Made by a program: the position numbers and the translations under genes. Below the pieces are notes generated by a model. That model was not told the DNA's origin. It searched no databases and saw only the letters and a program-made list of their open reading frames with translations. A stretch of 64,000 nt of DNA from Eledone cirrhosa (Eukaryota), in assembly GCA_964016885.1 (NCBI GenBank), contig OZ024747.1:24800001-24864000 (forward strand), in the 5' to 3' direction. Of this stretch, positions 42,610 through 57,265 are shown one piece after another (position 1 is the first letter of the stretch; every line of letters starts with the position of its first letter).

Positions 42610-44624
42610 AATATATAAGATCAAAAGATGGTTAAATGAGTTCCATGTATTTTATTATGCGCATTTCAAAAACAAATATCATCATGCAATAACATTTGTG
42701 TTTTCATCAGATAAAATAGGAAGACATGATATGAAGGTTAAAAACACTTGTGGATAGTGCAGTTTTAAATCAACATATGAAAAGTAGTTTTAGATTGATG
42801 TGTGATATTGGGGAAAAAAAATGTTTATGGGGGGGGATGAAAAAGAGGAGGAGATGAGAGTAAAAAGTGGAGGGGGAGGAGTATAATGAGGAAGGATGAG
42901 ATAGGAGGAGAGATGGCTGATAGAGAGAGAGAGATAGCTTTTATAACTGAGAAAAATATATTGTTTTACATAGAGAGGCTGAAAAACCGTTGGAAGATAA
43001 TGTATAAATTAAAAGAATTTGAAAATTAACGAAGAGAAAAATAATGTAAATTTAAGGTTTGTATATTGAAGGGTTTAATAATATGTGCGATGAAAAGAAA
43101 TTGTTAATATGTATTAAGAATAATATTTAAGGGTTTAGTAATATGTGCGATGGAAAGAAAATGTTGATATGTATTATTAAAAAAAAACACAGAAGCAATG
43201 TAAGTAAGGATATATTCTGAGATGAGCATGAATAAGTTAGATGAAAGTGAGAAAAAGTGAGAAAAAATAATGAATAGAGGATGAATAATCTAACGTCAAA
43301 AAAATGTTTATGTTTACGAAGGATTTTTTTCAAGGTGATATAAAGTAACAATATAGTGTATGTGTAATAATTGTTTCTATGTTAGGCACAGTGAGAAAAG
43401 GTACAGATTAGGGGTTAGAAATTAAAAGAAAAAGCAAAGGAAAAGAGCAGGAAAAGGAAGAAAGAGAAGTGATGAATAGGAATGATATAGAATGTGATAA
43501 ATAACTTTGAAATAAGGTAGAAAGATGGGTTTATTTTTAAAGAAGTATATATATATATATGTGCCTTTGAGAAAAGGATTCTGAATTGATAAAGTTTAGG
43601 ATATTAGCTGTATACTTTATGGAAAGTTCTGTGGAATTTATGCAAGCAGATAGAAAGCAAGTCAGTGCGTCTATTTATTATAGAATCTAAATTAGATATA
43701 ATGGTAAATTTTTCATTCAGACAGAGATTGCAAGTCTTGGATAGAGAACTGTTCAAGTATGGGGAAGCAGAGGAAACCTTCTTCCAAGAGATGTTATAGT
43801 TAATATTTTTGTCTTTCAAGGACCATATGAGTTCTGAGAGAGCCGTGTTGGTTCTTTTAAGTTTATATTTAAAAGACGAATGATGAATATAAAGACGAGC
43901 TTTAAAGGAGGTGGAAGTGGGACCAAAATAGGTGAAGGAATTGGTGTCAGTTATAACTTTACATTCGTAAATTAAGTTTTTATCAAGACAATGGTTGTTG
44001 AGAGGACATTTATTTTTAGCAGGGCAATTGCAATTGCAATTAGAGAGATTATTAACGAGTGACCTAGTGTTATCTATAGAAGGAATTGGATTGGAGAAGT
44101 TATTTGCGATAGGAATAATAGTTTCTTGATTTAGAATGGGATTAAGAACATTTAGCGAAGTTGTGTTTGACGTTGTATTAGGGTTTGCAGAAATTAGCCT
44201 AGGGTTTACAATGACGTCGGGAGTGCTATTACTATTATTATGATATTCAGTGTTGGAAGGAAGAGATTTAGTATTTAGTATTTTATTGTTGTGTTTAGAG
44301 ATAATGTTGGAAATGTTGGAGGATGTAGAATAGGAAAATGTTATAGTGTGTTTGTTAAATATTTTACTATAGATATGTGAGGGAGAGAAGCATTTATTTA
44401 AGGCACTAAAGAATAATTTAGGAATATTATTATTAATAGAGATAGAGAAAGGAGCATTATACCAGATTATGTTTTTGTATCTAGGTCTTTTATTACAGTT
44501 ATTGGAATGATCATGATTAATTATTCTACTGTAAGATTTTCTCGAATTTGTTTCTTTATTATATTTGATTTTATCAGGATAGCTGGCTTTAGAAAGCGCG
44601 TTATTATAGTAATTGGCGTTAGCA
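42610..44624 (-). mobile_element. 5'-truncated PLE (CNC-CPL type): GIY-YIG ORF 43604-44624, 3' UTR ending in HHR family A
   Basis: YYNNALSKASY, IIWYNAPF, CNCPAKNKCPL..CL..LIY..YFG..FKARL..H. Confidence 0.85.
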
Positions 44625-44927
44625 TCTTTTTGGTAAATATCATCTTGGTTAAGAGAGTGGGACTGGCTTTGTGCAGTGCCTTTGCTCACTATAAAAGCTT
44701 CACGGCACAGGCATTGCTTTATATCTGGAGATCTCTCTGCACTTGTCGTCACATGGTACCATGGGCCCAGCACTATGTGTCAGTAATTGTCACAAGTGTA
44801 GTGTTTGTACCAGTGTTTTCAAGTCGCTGGCTGGACTAAAAAGTCACACTCGTTCAGCGCATCGGTAGGGGTTCTCCTACATGGATATACAGTATTGGCC
44901 GTACTCGAAAACGAGTTGGCAGCCACC

Positions 44928-44961
<34 letters not shown>

Positions 44962-44974
44962 GTATATATGTATA

Positions 44975-45018
<44 letters not shown>

Positions 45019-45110
45019 AATATGTATATATATATATATATGTATATATGTATATATATGTATATATGTATATATATGTATATGTATATATATGTATATA
45101 TGTATATATG

Positions 45111-45159
<49 letters not shown>

Positions 45160-45168
45160 GTATATATG

Positions 45169-45199
<31 letters not shown>

Positions 45200-45482
45200 G
45201 CATATATGTATATATGTATATATGTATATATGTATATATGTATATATATATATATGTATATATGTATATATGTATATATGTATATATATATATGTATATA
45301 TGTATATATGTATATATATATATATGTATATATATATATGTATATATATATATGTATATATATATGTATATATGTATATATATATATATGTATATATATA
45401 TGTATATATGTATATATATATGTATATATATATGTATATATGTATATATATATGTATATATGTATATATATATGTATATATG

Positions 45483-45515
<33 letters not shown>

Positions 45516-45547
45516 GTATATATGTATATATATATATGTATATATGT

Positions 45548-45579
<32 letters not shown>

Positions 45580-45694
45580 GTGTATATATATATATATGTG
45601 TATATATATATGTGTGTATATATATATATATGTGTATATATATATATATGTATATATATATGTATATATATATATGTATGTATATATATATATG

Positions 45695-45725
<31 letters not shown>

Positions 45726-45744
45726 GTATATATGTATATATATG

Positions 45745-45801
<57 letters not shown>

Positions 45802-45912
45802 GTATATAAGCAAGATGTATAGTAGGTCGTATGTGAATCGCGATGATCACGTCTGACCTACCAAATATGTGACGGTAGCTAGTTAAGCTCTATGCGTATA
45901 AGCAGAGCAGAA

Positions 45913-46632
45913 ATATTAGTGAAAAAGAACAAAGGAACTATTATGACATTATAACAAGTTTATTGCCGACAGCCGTTTCGTCCGACCATATAGTGGGACT
46001 TTTCAAGGCATATAACATGTGATTGTAAGATCATTATTTACATCAACGTATCACTCAAGACTAGCAGTTTGAGATTGTGGTATACATCCGCAGCTCCGCT
46101 TGTATAGTTGGGGTCTATATTCTAAGGGGGCTCTTTTATATTAGTTGTCGGGGGTCAGGGATTTAAGGTTAAAAATTAGATAATATATAATTTACGCATT
46201 AAAATTAAAAATTAAAAATTAAAAATTAAAAATTAAAAATTAAAAATTAAAAATTAAAAGACTTGGGATCTCGTAGAAGCACCTTAAAAAATCCCTCAAT
46301 AAGTGCATAAAGCTTACATGCCCCAATAAACTAACAATCTAGAAGAGATTAAGAGGCTAATAAAATAAAAAAATAAAAATATAAAGTTTCCCTAAAAAAT
46401 ATAAAGTTTCCTAAGAAATTCCTTCGAGAGAAAAAATTTTTTTTTTTTTTCCCCGAAAGGTTCCTATTAAAAATATTAAAGGGGCCTTTTCTGAGAGATT
46501 TATTGAAGGCTCTCTGAACTAACCTTTAATTGATTAGTTTCTTTCAACTTAGTAGGGAATATCAAATCTTCGTAAATTTTCTGAAATTTTTTAACGTGAT
46601 ATCGGGGGAAGAAAGTTTTTTTCTTTCGGGGG

Positions 46633-46663
<31 letters not shown>

Positions 46664-47193
46664 AAGAAAAAAAAAGAAAAAAAAAATTTTCTCTCGAAGG
46701 AATTTCTTAGGAAACTATATTTTTTAGGGAAACTTTATATTTTTATTTTTTTATTTTATTAGCCTCTTAATCTCTTCTAGTTTGTTAGGTTTATTGGGGC
46801 CTGTAAGCTTTATGCACTTATTGAGGGATTTTTTAAGGTGCTTCTACGAGATCCCAAGTCTTTTAATTTTTAATTTTTAATTTTTAATTTTTAATTTTTA
46901 CTTTTAATGCGTAAATTATATATTATCTAATTTTTAACCTTAAATCCCTGACCCCCGACAACTAATATAAAAGAGCCCCCTTAGAATATAGACCCCAACT
47001 ATACAAGCGGAGCTGCGGATGTATACCACAATCTCAAACTGCTAGTCTTGAGTGATACATTGATGTAAATAATGATCTTACAATCACATGTTATATGCCT
47101 TGAAAAGTCCCACTATATGGTCGGACGAAACGGCTGTCGGCAATAAACTTGTTATAATGTCATAATAGTTCCTTTGTTCTTTTTCACTAATAT
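45913..47193. repeat. Long inverted repeat (arms ~45913-46459 and ~46623-47193), non-coding, HHR in each arm
   Basis: Arms are near-perfect reverse complements, including the (TTAAAAA)n block. Confidence 0.92.
47096..47142 (+). ncRNA. Variant type I hammerhead, family J (UUGAAAA core; minus copy 45964-46010)
   Basis: tgcc TTGAAAA gtcc...ggac GAAA cggctg TC ggca. Confidence 0.85.
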
Positions 47194-47224
47194 ATGTATA
47201 TATATATATATATATAGACATATA

Positions 47225-47256
<32 letters not shown>

Positions 47257-47288
47257 CATGTATATATGTATATATATATGTATATATG

Positions 47289-47404
<116 letters not shown>

Positions 47405-47468
47405 CATATATATATGTATATATGTATATATATGTATATATGTATATATATATATATATGTATATATG

Positions 47469-47517
<49 letters not shown>

Positions 47518-47555
47518 ATATATATGTATATATATATATATATGTGTATATATAC

Positions 47556-47652
<97 letters not shown>

Positions 47653-47837
47653 CATATATATATACATGTATATATGTATATATATATATATATGTATATA
47701 TGTATATATATATATATGTATATATGTATATATAGTATACTATTTACACTACTATTTTACACTACTCCGGTTACTCCGGAGTAGTGTAAAATAAAGTTAA
47801 ATAAAAGTCAAATGATTAAAATTTAGCTTCGTTTATT

Positions 47838-47892
47838 ACTGCTATATATATTTCAATGACAGTCATCTTTGGCTGTGACCTCTTCAGGCAGT
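47838..47892 (-). ncRNA. Type I hammerhead, family K
   Basis: Minus: actgc CTGAAGA ggt.acag.ca aaga tg.ctgt.att GAAA tatata TA gcagt. Confidence 0.82.
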
Positions 47893-48044
47893 TTGAATTA
47901 GTATGGTATAGACAAGTACATATGTTGTTTAGGTGTATGATATTGTCAATACTCTGATATGCCCAGTTCCTTGTTGGGTTGTTAATTCACTGGGGAACTG
48001 GAGTCATATATATATGTATATATATATATATGTATGTATATATG

Positions 48045-48172
<128 letters not shown>

Positions 48173-48176
48173 TATG

Positions 48177-48241
<65 letters not shown>

Positions 48242-48248
<7 letters not shown>

Positions 48249-49635
48249 TTAGAAACACACAGATACATGCGGACACACACATATATACATGAATGCATCC
48301 GCACCCAACTGTGAGTTAAGGGTGCCAACTTCACCGATGTTGCTCAATGAATGACTGGGACAGACCAATTCAGTTGAACTAGACTGAACCAGTATCAGAG
48401 TTAAAAATACATTATGAAGAGAGAAGAAACATTTAGATATAATTAGTAATAAAAAGTATCATACCTAAGCTGCTCCTAAATTCCTCGACTACGTAGTTTC
48501 GTGGCATAAACAAAAACAATATATCAAAGATATAGAGTCCTTGCGAGGTCTGCCGACTTATCAAGAGGATACCTCATTTTACTAGTCTCAAGAACGCGTC
48601 TACACGACGTGAGAAAGAATCCCAAAAGGCGGAGGGGGAGATAGTCACGCGATATAACGGTCGAGAAACAGAGCTAAGCCTCTTATAACCACGAAGAAAA
48701 TACCACGGAGGCGGAGGGGGTATTCATATCGAGGCCGTAGAAGAGGTGGTGAAGAAGGCGAAAAGTATGAGTAATGGAAGCTTTCCAGTTGTCCCCACAC
48801 TTCAAAGATTGCTCGACCAGAGGGAGTTATTAACAATATATTTAGAAACACACAGATACATGCGGACACACACATATATACATGAATGCATCCGCACCCA
48901 ACTGTGAGTTAAGGGTGCCAACTTCACCGATGTTGCTCAATGAATGACTGGGACAGACCAATTCAGTTGAACTAGACTGAACCAGTATCAGAGTTAAAAA
49001 TACATTATGAAGAGAGAAGAAACATTTAGATATAATTAGTAATAAAAAGTATCATACCTAAGCTGCTCCTAAATTCCTCGACTACGTAGTTTCGTGGCAT
49101 AAACAAAAACAATATATCAAAGATATAGAGTCCTTGCGAGGTCTGCCGACTTATCAAGAGGATACCTCATTTTACTAGTCTCAAGAACGCGTCTACACGA
49201 CGTGAGAAAGAATCCCAAAAGGCGGAGGGGGAGATAGTCACGCGATATAACGGTCGAGAAACAGAGCTAAGCCTCTTATAACCACGAAGAAAATACCACG
49301 GAGGCGGAGGGGGTATTCATATCGAGGCCGTAGAAGAGGTGGTGAAGAAGGCGAAAAGTATAAGTAATGGAAGCTTTCCAGTTGTCCCCACACTTCAAAG
49401 ATTGCTCGACCAGAGGGAGTTATTGGGATTCTTTCTCACGTCGTGTAGACGCGTTCTTGAGACTAGTAAAATGAGGTATCCTCTTGATAAGTCGGCAGAC
49501 CTCGCAAGGACTCTATATCTTTGATATATTGTTTTTGTTTATGCCACGAAACTACGTAGTCGAGGAATTTAGGAGCAGCTTAGGTATGATACTTTTTATT
49601 ACTAATTATATCTAAATGTTTCTTCTCTCTTCATA

Positions 49636-49637
<2 letters not shown>
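48242..49637 (-). repeat. 593-bp tandem repeat x2 plus inverted partial copy (49423-49637); HHR-bearing, non-coding
   Basis: tttagaaacacacagatac at 48248 and 48841; the inverted segment is the reverse complement of the unit centre. Confidence 0.92.
49479..49566 (+). ncRNA. Variant hammerhead, family L (UUGAUAA core, branched stem II; minus copies 48482-48569, 49075-49162)
   Basis: tcctc TTGATAA gtcggca[two hairpins]tgccac GAAA ctacgtag TC gagga. Confidence 0.8.
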
Positions 49638-49668
<31 letters not shown>

Positions 49669-50109
49669 TTAAAAAATAATGAATAAACAAAGAAACAGTT
49701 CCTTATATTAAACAAAAAAAGTTCATTATTTTACGATCGTTTCTAGGACATATATGTGTTAATATTGGTATGCATATTCAAAAGATCTATGTACAAAATT
49801 ATACAAACTATCAAAGAGAATATACATACCTTCACATATATATGCTGTCTTCAGAAATAATGATGCATATTTACTGATAATAACAACAATTCAAAATTAC
49901 AGGTCTGTTTGGGAACAGATTTTAAATAGACCAATGAAATACATAAAAATTCATCAAAAAAATACAGTTAGGTGTGTGTATATATGTATGTAAATCCGTT
50001 CACAGATATGCATAAAAATGTATGTTCATATGCATACGCATGTTGAAAAAGTGTATGTAAATATAAAAATTTAGGGCTAATGTATCTGTATGTTTACAAT
50101 CTACAGACA

Positions 50110-50210
<101 letters not shown>

Positions 50211-50753
50211 TACATGCATACACATACACATACATACACATATACATACACATACATACAAACACACGTATACACACACACACACACATACGTATATATT
50301 ATTATTATAACTATATGGATATTGAGGCGCTCACATAAACACGCCCACACACACTTACATTTAGATGCAGAAGTAAAGGAGGTAGGGGAGTAATTAAAGG
50401 AAAGTGTCAAACTCGACATATTTATAAAAATGTATCCATAAAGTTAGAAATAAAAAAAAAATTTTATAGAAGGAAAAAACTCAAAAACGGGGGAACAAAA
50501 AATAAGGGGGGGGGGGGGTACGTACATACACAGACGCGAATGTCTCACAAAAGAAATATAAAAAAACATAAAAAACATAAAAGAGAGACATAAAATATAC
50601 ATGCTTATATACATACGCACATTTACACATCCATACGTTCGATACATACATACGTACACGCACACATACACATACTTAACCTCACGCATATTAACCTGTT
50701 TGTATGCATATACATAAAAATAAGTAAAACATATACCCATACATATAAATACA

Positions 50754-50823
<70 letters not shown>

Positions 50824-51145
50824 AATGAAGTAATTCCATCGGAAAGGTCCAGGAAAAAAGAGTGCTCTATGTATGCAACAGAGCTTAATTATTATTATTA
50901 TGTAATAAACAACATAAGGCAATTATTCCATTTACCAGTGGTTTCTTAAAAGCAAAAGGTTTTGCTTTCAATCCTCAGAACGGGAAAAAGCTGGTTTGTT
51001 TATTGAATTTGGATTACAAACCAAAAAATGCAATCTATATGAAAGTGAGGCTGGGGAAGGGAGAAGGAAAGGAAAAATAAAATAAAATAAAACGACGCAT
51101 GCAAACACACACAAAAAAAAAAAACCCAAAAGCATACTTACACAC

Positions 51146-51191
<46 letters not shown>

Positions 51192-51301
51192 ACGCATACA
51201 CACATACACATACACACATATATATAAAAAACGTACACTTACCTACACAAACACATATATACACACATATACACATACATACATTAATACATATACACAC
51301 A

Positions 51302-51365
<64 letters not shown>

Positions 51366-51609
51366 CACACACACACATATCCACACACATATATATATAT
51401 ATGTACATATATATACATATACACACATACACATACACACACATACACATGTGTGTGTACAAGCATACACATACACAAACATAGCCATACACACACACAT
51501 ATATATACACACATACATACATTCACACAAACATACAAAACGTACATACATACGCATACATGAATGCTCTCCTCTACATATTCGCACACGCAAATAAAAA
51601 TAAGAAAAA

Positions 51610-51641
<32 letters not shown>

Positions 51642-52135
51642 GAGGTGAGTTTTATTGTAGTACAATAAAGCAATGCAGATATCGGATAAGAAGCACTCTA
51701 CAGTTTGTAGGACTGGAGTATACATAATATAATATGTTGATTTAAAACTGCACTATCCACAAGTGTTTTTTAGCCTTCATATCATGTTCTCCTGTTTTAT
51801 CTGATGAAAACACAAATATTATTGCATGATGATGTTTGTTTTTGAAATGCGCATAATAAAATACATGGAACTCCTTTAACCATCTTTTGATCTTATATTA
51901 TATATATATATATATATTTTTAAAATTTTTGACAGCGATACATGACCCAGCTAACAGGACAGACACGCGTAGTAATACACACAAAAAAGCACGCACACAT
52001 ACGTACGAAACAGTAAACACATACACACACTCTCACACATAAATATACATAAACAAACACAAAAACACATACATACACAAACACGCACACGTATACATAT
52101 TAAACACACACACATATGTATATGTAATTATATAC

Positions 52136-52186
<51 letters not shown>

Positions 52187-52207
52187 CACATATATACACA
52201 TACATAC

Positions 52208-52238
<31 letters not shown>

Positions 52239-52470
52239 CACAAAATATATAAACGCACACACACACACACACACACGCATATACGTAAACACACATATAC
52301 ATACATAGCTAAACAATTATACACATGCAAATACGTATATATCAAAAACACGCACAACCAAAAACAAATACACACACACATACACACACACAACCACACA
52401 CACACACATATACATAAAAAAATAATAAAATAATAAACACACACACACATATACATACATACATACATAC

Positions 52471-52523
<53 letters not shown>

Positions 52524-52659
52524 CACACACATATACACACATACGTACATATACACATGTGCATACACATACACACACACATATACATGTGTGTATGTGT
52601 AAAACTCAGTATTAGCAAAGACAAATGAACCTTACATAAACGTATATATAGTAGTAAGG

Positions 52660-52883
52660 TAATAAAGCAACATAAGGCAATTATTCCATTCACCAGAGGT
52701 TTCTTAAAAGCAAAAAATGTTTCCTTCAGTCTTCAGAATGAAAAAAAGTGAAAAAAACCTGGTTTATCCACATATACAAACATATACATACACAAATATA
52801 CATATATATACACATACACAAACACACACATACATATATATATATACATATATACATATATACATACACACCCATATATACAT

Positions 52884-52932
<49 letters not shown>

Positions 52933-53985
52933 TATACACACAAAAATAAATACACATACACATAGGTATGTGGAGGGCAAAACAAAAATAATATATGGGG
53001 GGGGGCTAAGAGGAGGTAAAAATATAAGGGGAGGTAAGAGAGAAAAAATGTTAAATATACAAGAGTACAGAAGGTAGAATCAGCAAAATAAAAACCGTAG
53101 CAGAAGTAAAGAGCAGAGAAGGAGTTCAAGGCGGTTGATTTATCGTAGGAGTGTCAATCCAGTTACAGATCAGATGCGATTTCAGATGAGGACAGCATCT
53201 GAAGATCTCAGTCTTTGAATTAAGGCAAGCGGAAGTGGCTCTCAAGTTTAGCAAAATCCTATACTTTTCTGTGGTACACAAAGAACAATTCTTTGTGCCC
53301 CTTTGGTACTCCCTCGAATGGTCTAATATAGACCAATCAATAGAGTACGGGATATTACTATCCTTGAGATCCCATACCTTACTTGCGAGGGCCGTTGATG
53401 TTCGTTTATCTGAGTGTTTAAAAGAAGCGACATGTGAGTAAAATCTGGTTTTAAACCTGTCCTGGGTCATACCGACATATCGCTCACTTCTGGCTGGCTG
53501 GTTGTTGATAACTGGCGTTATCTTAGCCTCATAAACGACAGATTTTGTGTTACATTTACCCTGCAATGGGCATTCATCCGGCTTCCTGCAACTGCATCCT
53601 GGATTTATCCTCGTACGGTTTGAACTGGTGATTTTGGACTTCATGGATGGGCAACAAGAGTAGCTGATCTTAACTACATTCCTATTAAAAATCTTATAAT
53701 ATCTATGAATAGGAGGAAAATGTTTGTCTAATAGTTCAAGGAATTTCCTTCCTACATTAGTTTTGACATTTAGAGAGAAGGGGTGTGTGAACCAAATAAT
53801 CTTCCTTTTCCTGTTATTATGGTTAGTTTTAGGGGGGGGGAGTAGGTAAATAAGAAATATTTTCTGTAAAACCGCTGTTCTTAAGGGCTTTATTATAATA
53901 AGGGGCAGCTTTATTAAAAATGTCTATAGACGAAGATAAAGTAGAAATCCTACGGCTAATGTTAGGAATAACATTATTAAAAACT
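52660..53985 (-). mobile_element. 5'-truncated PLE (CNC-CPL type): thumb + GIY-YIG (ORF 53126-53644, extending upstream) and 3' UTR
   Basis: CSCRKPDECPLQGKC..VVYEAKI..YVGMT..FKTRFYSH..CSLCTTEK..LN. Confidence 0.85.
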
Positions 53986-54275
53986 ATTTTTTTTGTGTGT
54001 GTGTTTGCATGCGTCGTTTTATTTTATTTTATTTTTCCTTTCCTTCTCCCTTCTCCAGCCTCACTTTCATATAGATTGCATTTTTTGGTTTGTAATCCAA
54101 ATTCAATAAACAAACCAGCTTTTTCCCGTTCTGAGGATTGAAAGCAAAACCTTTTGCTTTTAAGAAACCACTGGTAAATGGAATAATTGCCTTATGTTGT
54201 TTATTACATAATAATAATATATATATATATATACATACACACACACACACATATATACATATATATACACACACA

Positions 54276-54311
<36 letters not shown>

Positions 54312-54485
54312 CATATACATACATATATATATATATACATACACACACACATACCCATGTATATATACACAACCACACACACACACTCAATATATAAATA
54401 CACACAGTCAGACACATATGCACATATATACACATACATACACACATCTCTACAAATACATATACATACACATACATACATACAC

Positions 54486-54539
<54 letters not shown>

Positions 54540-54719
54540 TCATACACACACATTTACATGCGCACATATGTATTTTTATACTCACATACAAACACACAAA
54601 CATACATACACACTTACATACAGATACATACATCCACGCTTACAAATACAAATAATTATTGGGGGGGGGGGGGGTTAAAATTATTAGTGGGAAATAGTAA
54701 ATATATAGGTTTCAAGGAA

Positions 54720-56820
54720 CATAGAATATTAATCTGCAGTTAAATCATAATATGTGTTTACATAGTTGTATCAGCTTTAGGAAATGGTATTTGTAAGAAA
54801 GAAGGCTAAATTATGTATTTTAATATAAGTAGAATATTAATTATAGGTTAATTAAAGTAAAAATAGTTAATATATTAATTTCTAAGGTGTATACTACTTA
54901 GGTTTATAATATTTAAAGCGGAATTTTGAAGTTAAACAGTAGTAGAGTATTAATTATAGCATAACTAAATTAAAAATAATTACATATATTAACATGATGG
55001 TATCAATTTTAGGAAATGAATTTTGTAATAGGGAAAGCCAAATTAAGTATTTCATCGGTAGTAGAATATTAATTATAGGTTAACTAAATTAAAAATTATA
55101 TATTAATTTCTATAGTATATGTTAATTAGGTTTATAATAATTAAAGCAAAATTTTGTATTTTATCTATAGTAGAATTAGGTTAACTAAATTAGGTTAACT
55201 AAATTAAAATTAATCTATATATTAATTTGTAAAGAGTATATTAATTAGGTATATATTTAAAAGTTTTTCTCAGTTTATGATTACACGATATTCTGCAATC
55301 CATCTGTATTAGAATTTTAATTATAAGCTAACTAAATTAAAATTATAGGTTAACTAAATTAAAATTAATTTATATATTAATTTCTAAATTGTATATTAAT
55401 TAGGTTTATAATATTAAAAAGTATTTCTCCGTTATTAATTACACGATATTTTGTTGTATTTCATCTGTAAAAGAATTTTAATAAAAGGTTAAATAAACTA
55501 AAATTAATCTATATATTAATTTCCAAAGTATATATTAATTATGTTAATAATATTTAAATGTTTTTCACAGTTTATGATTATACGATATTTTTTAATTTCA
55601 TCTGTTGTAGAATTTTAATTAAATTAAAATTATAGGTTAACTACATTAAAATTAATTTATATATTAATTTCTAAAATATATATTATTAATTAGGTTTATA
55701 ATATTTAAATGTTTTTCTCAGTTTATGATTACACGATATAATTAATTCCTGTCGCTTATTTAATTGGATATCCTTAGATTTCATTATTTCAAATAGTTCT
55801 TGGGAACACAATCTACATTCATTTCTATTATTTTGATAAGGGGTGGCTCTTTTGAGCACACTCCAGGTCATATCATATTCTATATTCTTATTTCTATAAC
55901 TATTAATTTTTTCTGCTAGAGATGTTGTATTAGCTAGTGCGGCATTTTTAAAACTATGTTTGTGGGTATTAAACCTTACCTTAAAATTGTTAGAAGTAGC
56001 TCCTATATATGAGCAAATAGAATCTTTAGTTTTAACTTTACATTTATAAACTATGTTGTTAACAAGACAATTTCCTTTTAATGGGCAGTTTGCTTTGTTT
56101 CTACAGTTACAACCTTTCGTTAATTCTGTATTTGAGGAGATATTATGGTTAGTTTGATGTATTGGTGGTATACTTATGGTTTTTTTACATTTATATGCAT
56201 TATAGGCACTTATATTTTGTTTTATGATTTTGGTTGTTGAGTATGAGAATTTAACTGTTGATCTATTTAAGATTTGATGGTATTTGTGGTTTGGCGGGAA
56301 GTTTTTCTCTAGGATATTAAAAAATTTTTTAGGTATATTATCCTTAATTTGTAAATTAAATGGAGCATTATACCAAGTAACTCGTCTATTACGGTTTCTA
56401 TGTTGTTTATTGTTTTTATAGGATGCATCCTGATGTTTACTAGGAGGATTAATGTTAATGACCTCACCACGCACATTTTTAGTTAGATTTATTGATTTAG
56501 GTGTTTTAGCTTGTTTATTAGGAGTTTTATTATTAACATTTATTAGAGTTGTATGATGAGTAGTTTTTTGAGAGTTACTATACTTTATATTAGAGGAGTT
56601 AGAGAAATTTGGTTTTATGTTGGTATTTTGGGGTATAGTGTGAGTGGCATTTAGGTGTGTACTTTTCATTTGGTGTTTGTTGGTAATATTAAGTTGTATG
56701 TTTATAGTTTTATTAGTAGAAGGTATATATTCCAATCTATTTTTGTGGCCACTTCTATCTAGAGCTTCGTTATAGAAGGTCGCATTTTTATCAAATACAT
56801 CTTGGTTAGACGAAAGGTTA
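54720..56820 (-). mobile_element. 5'-truncated PLE (CNC-CPL type): GIY-YIG ORF 55686-56735 and repeat-rich 3' UTR
   Basis: WYNAPF, CNCRNKANCPL..CL..IVY..YIGAT..FKVRFNTH. Confidence 0.85.
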
Positions 56821-56926
56821 GAAATTAGAAATTAGAAATTTTTTATGTATTTCATTGGTCTATTTAAAATCTGTTCCCAAACAGACCTGTAATTTTGAAT
56901 TGTTGTTATTATCAATAAATATGCAT

Positions 56927-57065
56927 CATTATTTCTGAAGACAGCATATATATGTGAAGGTATGTATATTCTCTTTGATAGTTTGTATAATTTTGTACAT
57001 AGATCTTTTGAATATGCATACCAATTCTAACACATATATGTCCTAGAAACGATCGTAAAATAATG
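56927..57065 (+). ncRNA. Type I hammerhead with ~104-nt stem II, family M (minus copy 49724-49862)
   Basis: cattattt CTGAAGA [atatatatgtg/cacatatatgt; ggtatgtatattc/gaatatgcatacc] GAAA cgatcg TA aaataatg. Confidence 0.85.
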
Positions 57066-57265
57066 AACTTTTTTTGTTTAATATAAGGAACTGTTTCTTT
57101 GTTTATTCATTATTTTTTTAATATTTTATCTTGACTCTGTATTCCGTTTATCTTTCACCGAAAGTGATTTTTGAATGCATCTCTTCTTTTCATGATATCC
57201 GGATTACATTGAGTTCTTCATACGGATTGGACACTACCTTAAACTTTTGGTAGATTTATCTACAT

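Noticed and set aside
44625-44773. N-terminal extension of the 43604-44773 GIY-YIG ORF
   Set aside because: It is the antisense of the adjacent RTE-like element (same peptide at 22070-22309), a chance in-frame junction.
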